In this document: piece by piece, positions 61,681 through 63,928 of the stretch
Layout: every line of letters begins with the position of its first letter
Position numbering within the stretch: position 1 is the first letter of the stretch
Origin: Octopus bimaculoides
Lineage: Eukaryota
NCBI RefSeq assembly: GCF_001194135.2
Contig: NC_068983.1
Location: forward strand, 44,324,430 to 44,388,357
Direction of reading: 5' to 3'
DNA length: 63,928 nt
Program-made: the position numbers and the translations under genes
The notes under the pieces: generated by a model
Seen by the model: the letters and a program-made list of their open reading frames with translations, nothing else
What the model was told of the DNA's origin: nothing
Database searches by the model: none

Positions 61681-61834
61681 CACTAGCGTAGCTTGGGATG
61701 GGAGGTAGGGTTGCACTTTTAAAGGGGCAGCACTTTCGGGGGGTCTGCTGCAGGCAATATGTGTTTTTCGTGGGGTCCAGGGGCGGAAAATGGAAGGGCT
61801 GCCCTGGGTGGCACACACTCTAGCTATGCTGGTA
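61681..61834. mobile_element. hAT-type MITE, copy 2 of the CACTAGCGTAGCT family
   Basis: Collinear with 50719-50874; flanks ATGGTGAT / ATGGTGGT (7/8). Confidence 0.75.
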
Positions 61835-62555
61835 ATGGTGGTGTTCCTTTAAAACTATCACAGAAAGTCAAGACAAGGAGATACAAACACATCGTTATCA
61901 TCAACATTTAATGTCCATCTTCTACCATGCTGAATAGGTTAGATGATTTCACTGGGTCTAATGGGGCCCAGGACTATATTCTGCTCTAGTCCCTGCTTTG
62001 GCATGCTTTCTACACCTGGCTGTCCTTCATAATGCCTATCATGTCATAAGAGTACACTAGGTGCTCTTTCCATGCTACCAACACAAGTGAGGTTGCTGTG
62101 CAGATTGCAAGACTACAAATTTCAGGGGAGGGGGTTAAGTCAGTTTTATTAATCCCAGTGCTGAACTGGTACTTATTTTATTGACCCCAAAAGGGGTGAA
62201 GGGTAAAGTCAGCATTTGGACTTAGAATATAAAGAGTTCAAAGAAATGCCTTTTGCTCCATATGGGAGCAATCCTGCAGTTCACAGCTTTAATAGTAATA
62301 ATCCTTTTTGCTTAGGCACAAGGGCCTGAAATTTTTTGTGGGGTGGGGTAAGTTAATTATTTCAAGCTCAGTACTCAACTGTTACTTGTTTCATCGACCC
62401 TGGAAAGATAAAAGAAAAAGCTGATTTTGGTAGAATTTGAACTTGTAATGTAAAGATGGATGAAATTTCACGAAGCATTTTGTCTGATGTGCTAACAATA
62501 CTGCCAGCTGGTGGCCTTAACAGTAGTAATAATAATAATGATAATGATGAGGATG

Positions 62556-62604
<49 letters not shown>

Positions 62605-62613
62605 TAATAATAA

Positions 62614-63008
62614 GAGAGCCTAATAATTGATGCGACAGTGCCAGGAGATCAACATATCATGAAAGAAAGAGAAAAGGTTGATAAATATACAGACCTGAGA
62701 ATTGAGATCTCTAAGATGTGGCAGCTACTAGAGTCAAACATAAAGGTTATCCCTATTGTCATTGGAGCATTGGGTTCAATATCAACCAATCTGAAAAAAA
62801 AAAAAAAAACATCTGTAAACTTTAGAAATACCTTACAATCTACATGTATTACAAAAGTCGGCATTATGTGGAACTGCATACATATTGTGTAAAGTACTGT
62901 CAGTCTAAGGTCCTTGTTGTGACTTGACAGACAGTACAAGCCCCCGGTAGACAAAATATCTTCAATCAACAACCTCACGATATTCAATATTCGATACTGT
63001 GCAACGTT

Positions 63009-63044
<36 letters not shown>
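62614..63044 (+). mobile_element. 5'-truncated Dong/R4-type LINE (RLE endonuclease C-terminus)
   Basis: SLIIDATVPGDQHIMKEREKVDKYTDLRIEISKMW...VIPIVIGALG, an A16 frameshift, then LQKSALCGTAYILCKVLSV*; flanked by (TAA)n. Confidence 0.8.
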
Positions 63045-63045
<1 letters not shown>

Positions 63046-63247
63046 GAGGTAACTCGAATGTGGAATCTAAAAACAGAAACAATGCCTATCATAGTAGGCG
63101 CCTTAGGTATAATAAAAAAATATTCAAACAAATACATAACAAAAACACCAGGACTTACAAATATATATAACATACAGAAAATTGCACTACTGGGCACTGC
63201 ACACATCCTACGCAAAACACTTTCAACACAGTAACCATAAGAGCACC
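63046..63247 (+). mobile_element. Second, distinct Dong/R4-type LINE 3' fragment
   Basis: Intact frame 63046-63234: EVTRMWNLKTETMPIIVGALGIIKKYSNKYITKTPGLTNIYNIQKIALLGTAHILRKTLSTQ*; starts directly after a (TAA)n run. Confidence 0.8.
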
Positions 63248-63722
63248 AGTACTCAACTGGTACTTAATTTATCGATCCCGAAAGAATGAAAGGCAAAGTC
63301 GACACCAGCAGAATTTGAACTCAGAACGTAAAGATGAGAAAAATGTCGCCAGGCATTTTTCCCTGGCGTGCTAACGATTCTGCCAGCTTGCTACCTTAAT
63401 AATAATGATGATGATAACAATAATGATGTTGATGATGATAACAATAATGATGATGATGACGATGATGATAATCTGTTGACTGTCTTCTTCATCAGCATTT
63501 TATGAGACATCACCAGCAGCATGTCTTCCATGTGTTGGAGTGACGGGCCCCTTTCAACATCCATATTAGGGTATCCAGGGTGATATAGGGGTATATAAGA
63601 CTGCATGGATAACCTGTCTGATGAATGTCTGATGAAGGCATTTGTAAACAATCTGCAGAAACAGATAAGATTAAAGTGATTAGAGAGGCTTATGGAATGT
63701 ATATTGGCTCATAATGTGTGTA

Positions 63723-63763
<41 letters not shown>

Positions 63764-63884
63764 CATACACATGTGTGTGTAAGTGTACGATTGTGATTGT
63801 TCAACTGAATCTTTCTATGTTCCTCTTCTGCACATCAAACGAGGAATACACATGTACACACGTATATGTGTATCTGTGTTTTAT

Positions 63885-63928
<44 letters not shown>

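Noticed and set aside
63470-63670. CTGATGAAGGC...GCAGAAAC hammerhead-like motif (63629-63662), possible Penelope end
   Set aside because: Stem II closing pair, stem III and the NUH site are missing; too decayed to support.

Overview
AT-rich, gap-containing eukaryotic draft-assembly DNA, very dense in microsatellites and repeats. The repeat content suggests a coleoid cephalopod, most likely Octopus (inference, not checked). Only one host coding exon is securely recognisable, and the ORF track missed it: the first coding exon of an MPRIP/outspread orthologue on the minus strand (44043-43933, [37 protein letters not shown]). I found no second exon by eye in 1-43932, so most of the window is probably one very large first intron. 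The rest is mainly transposon-derived: three tRNA-type SINE families, RTE LINE 3' ends, Dong/R4-type LINE ends in (TAA)n, a decayed Tc1 transposase, several hAT MITEs with 8-bp TSDs, piggyBac-like MITEs, a HINE-like element, a miniature LTR retrotransposon and a CpG-decayed tRNA-Ile pseudogene. The best leads are: (1) a compact orphan unit at 59.1-60.0 kb (terminal hairpin, three CCAAT boxes, TATA, a 138-codon open frame with a death-domain-like helical pattern, AATAAA plus GU-rich element); (2) candidate alternative 5' and cassette exons that would splice in frame to MPRIP, one overlapping a perfect CArG box; (3) a perfect 29-bp intronic hairpin; (4) a ~144-bp, ~93% identical inverted repeat; (5) a CpG-retaining domain around the gene's 5' end. 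No rRNA or CRISPR array was seen. Almost all ORF-track entries are artefacts of microsatellites, N gaps or repeats. Repeat boundaries were read by eye and are approximate unless a TSD or TIR is quoted.
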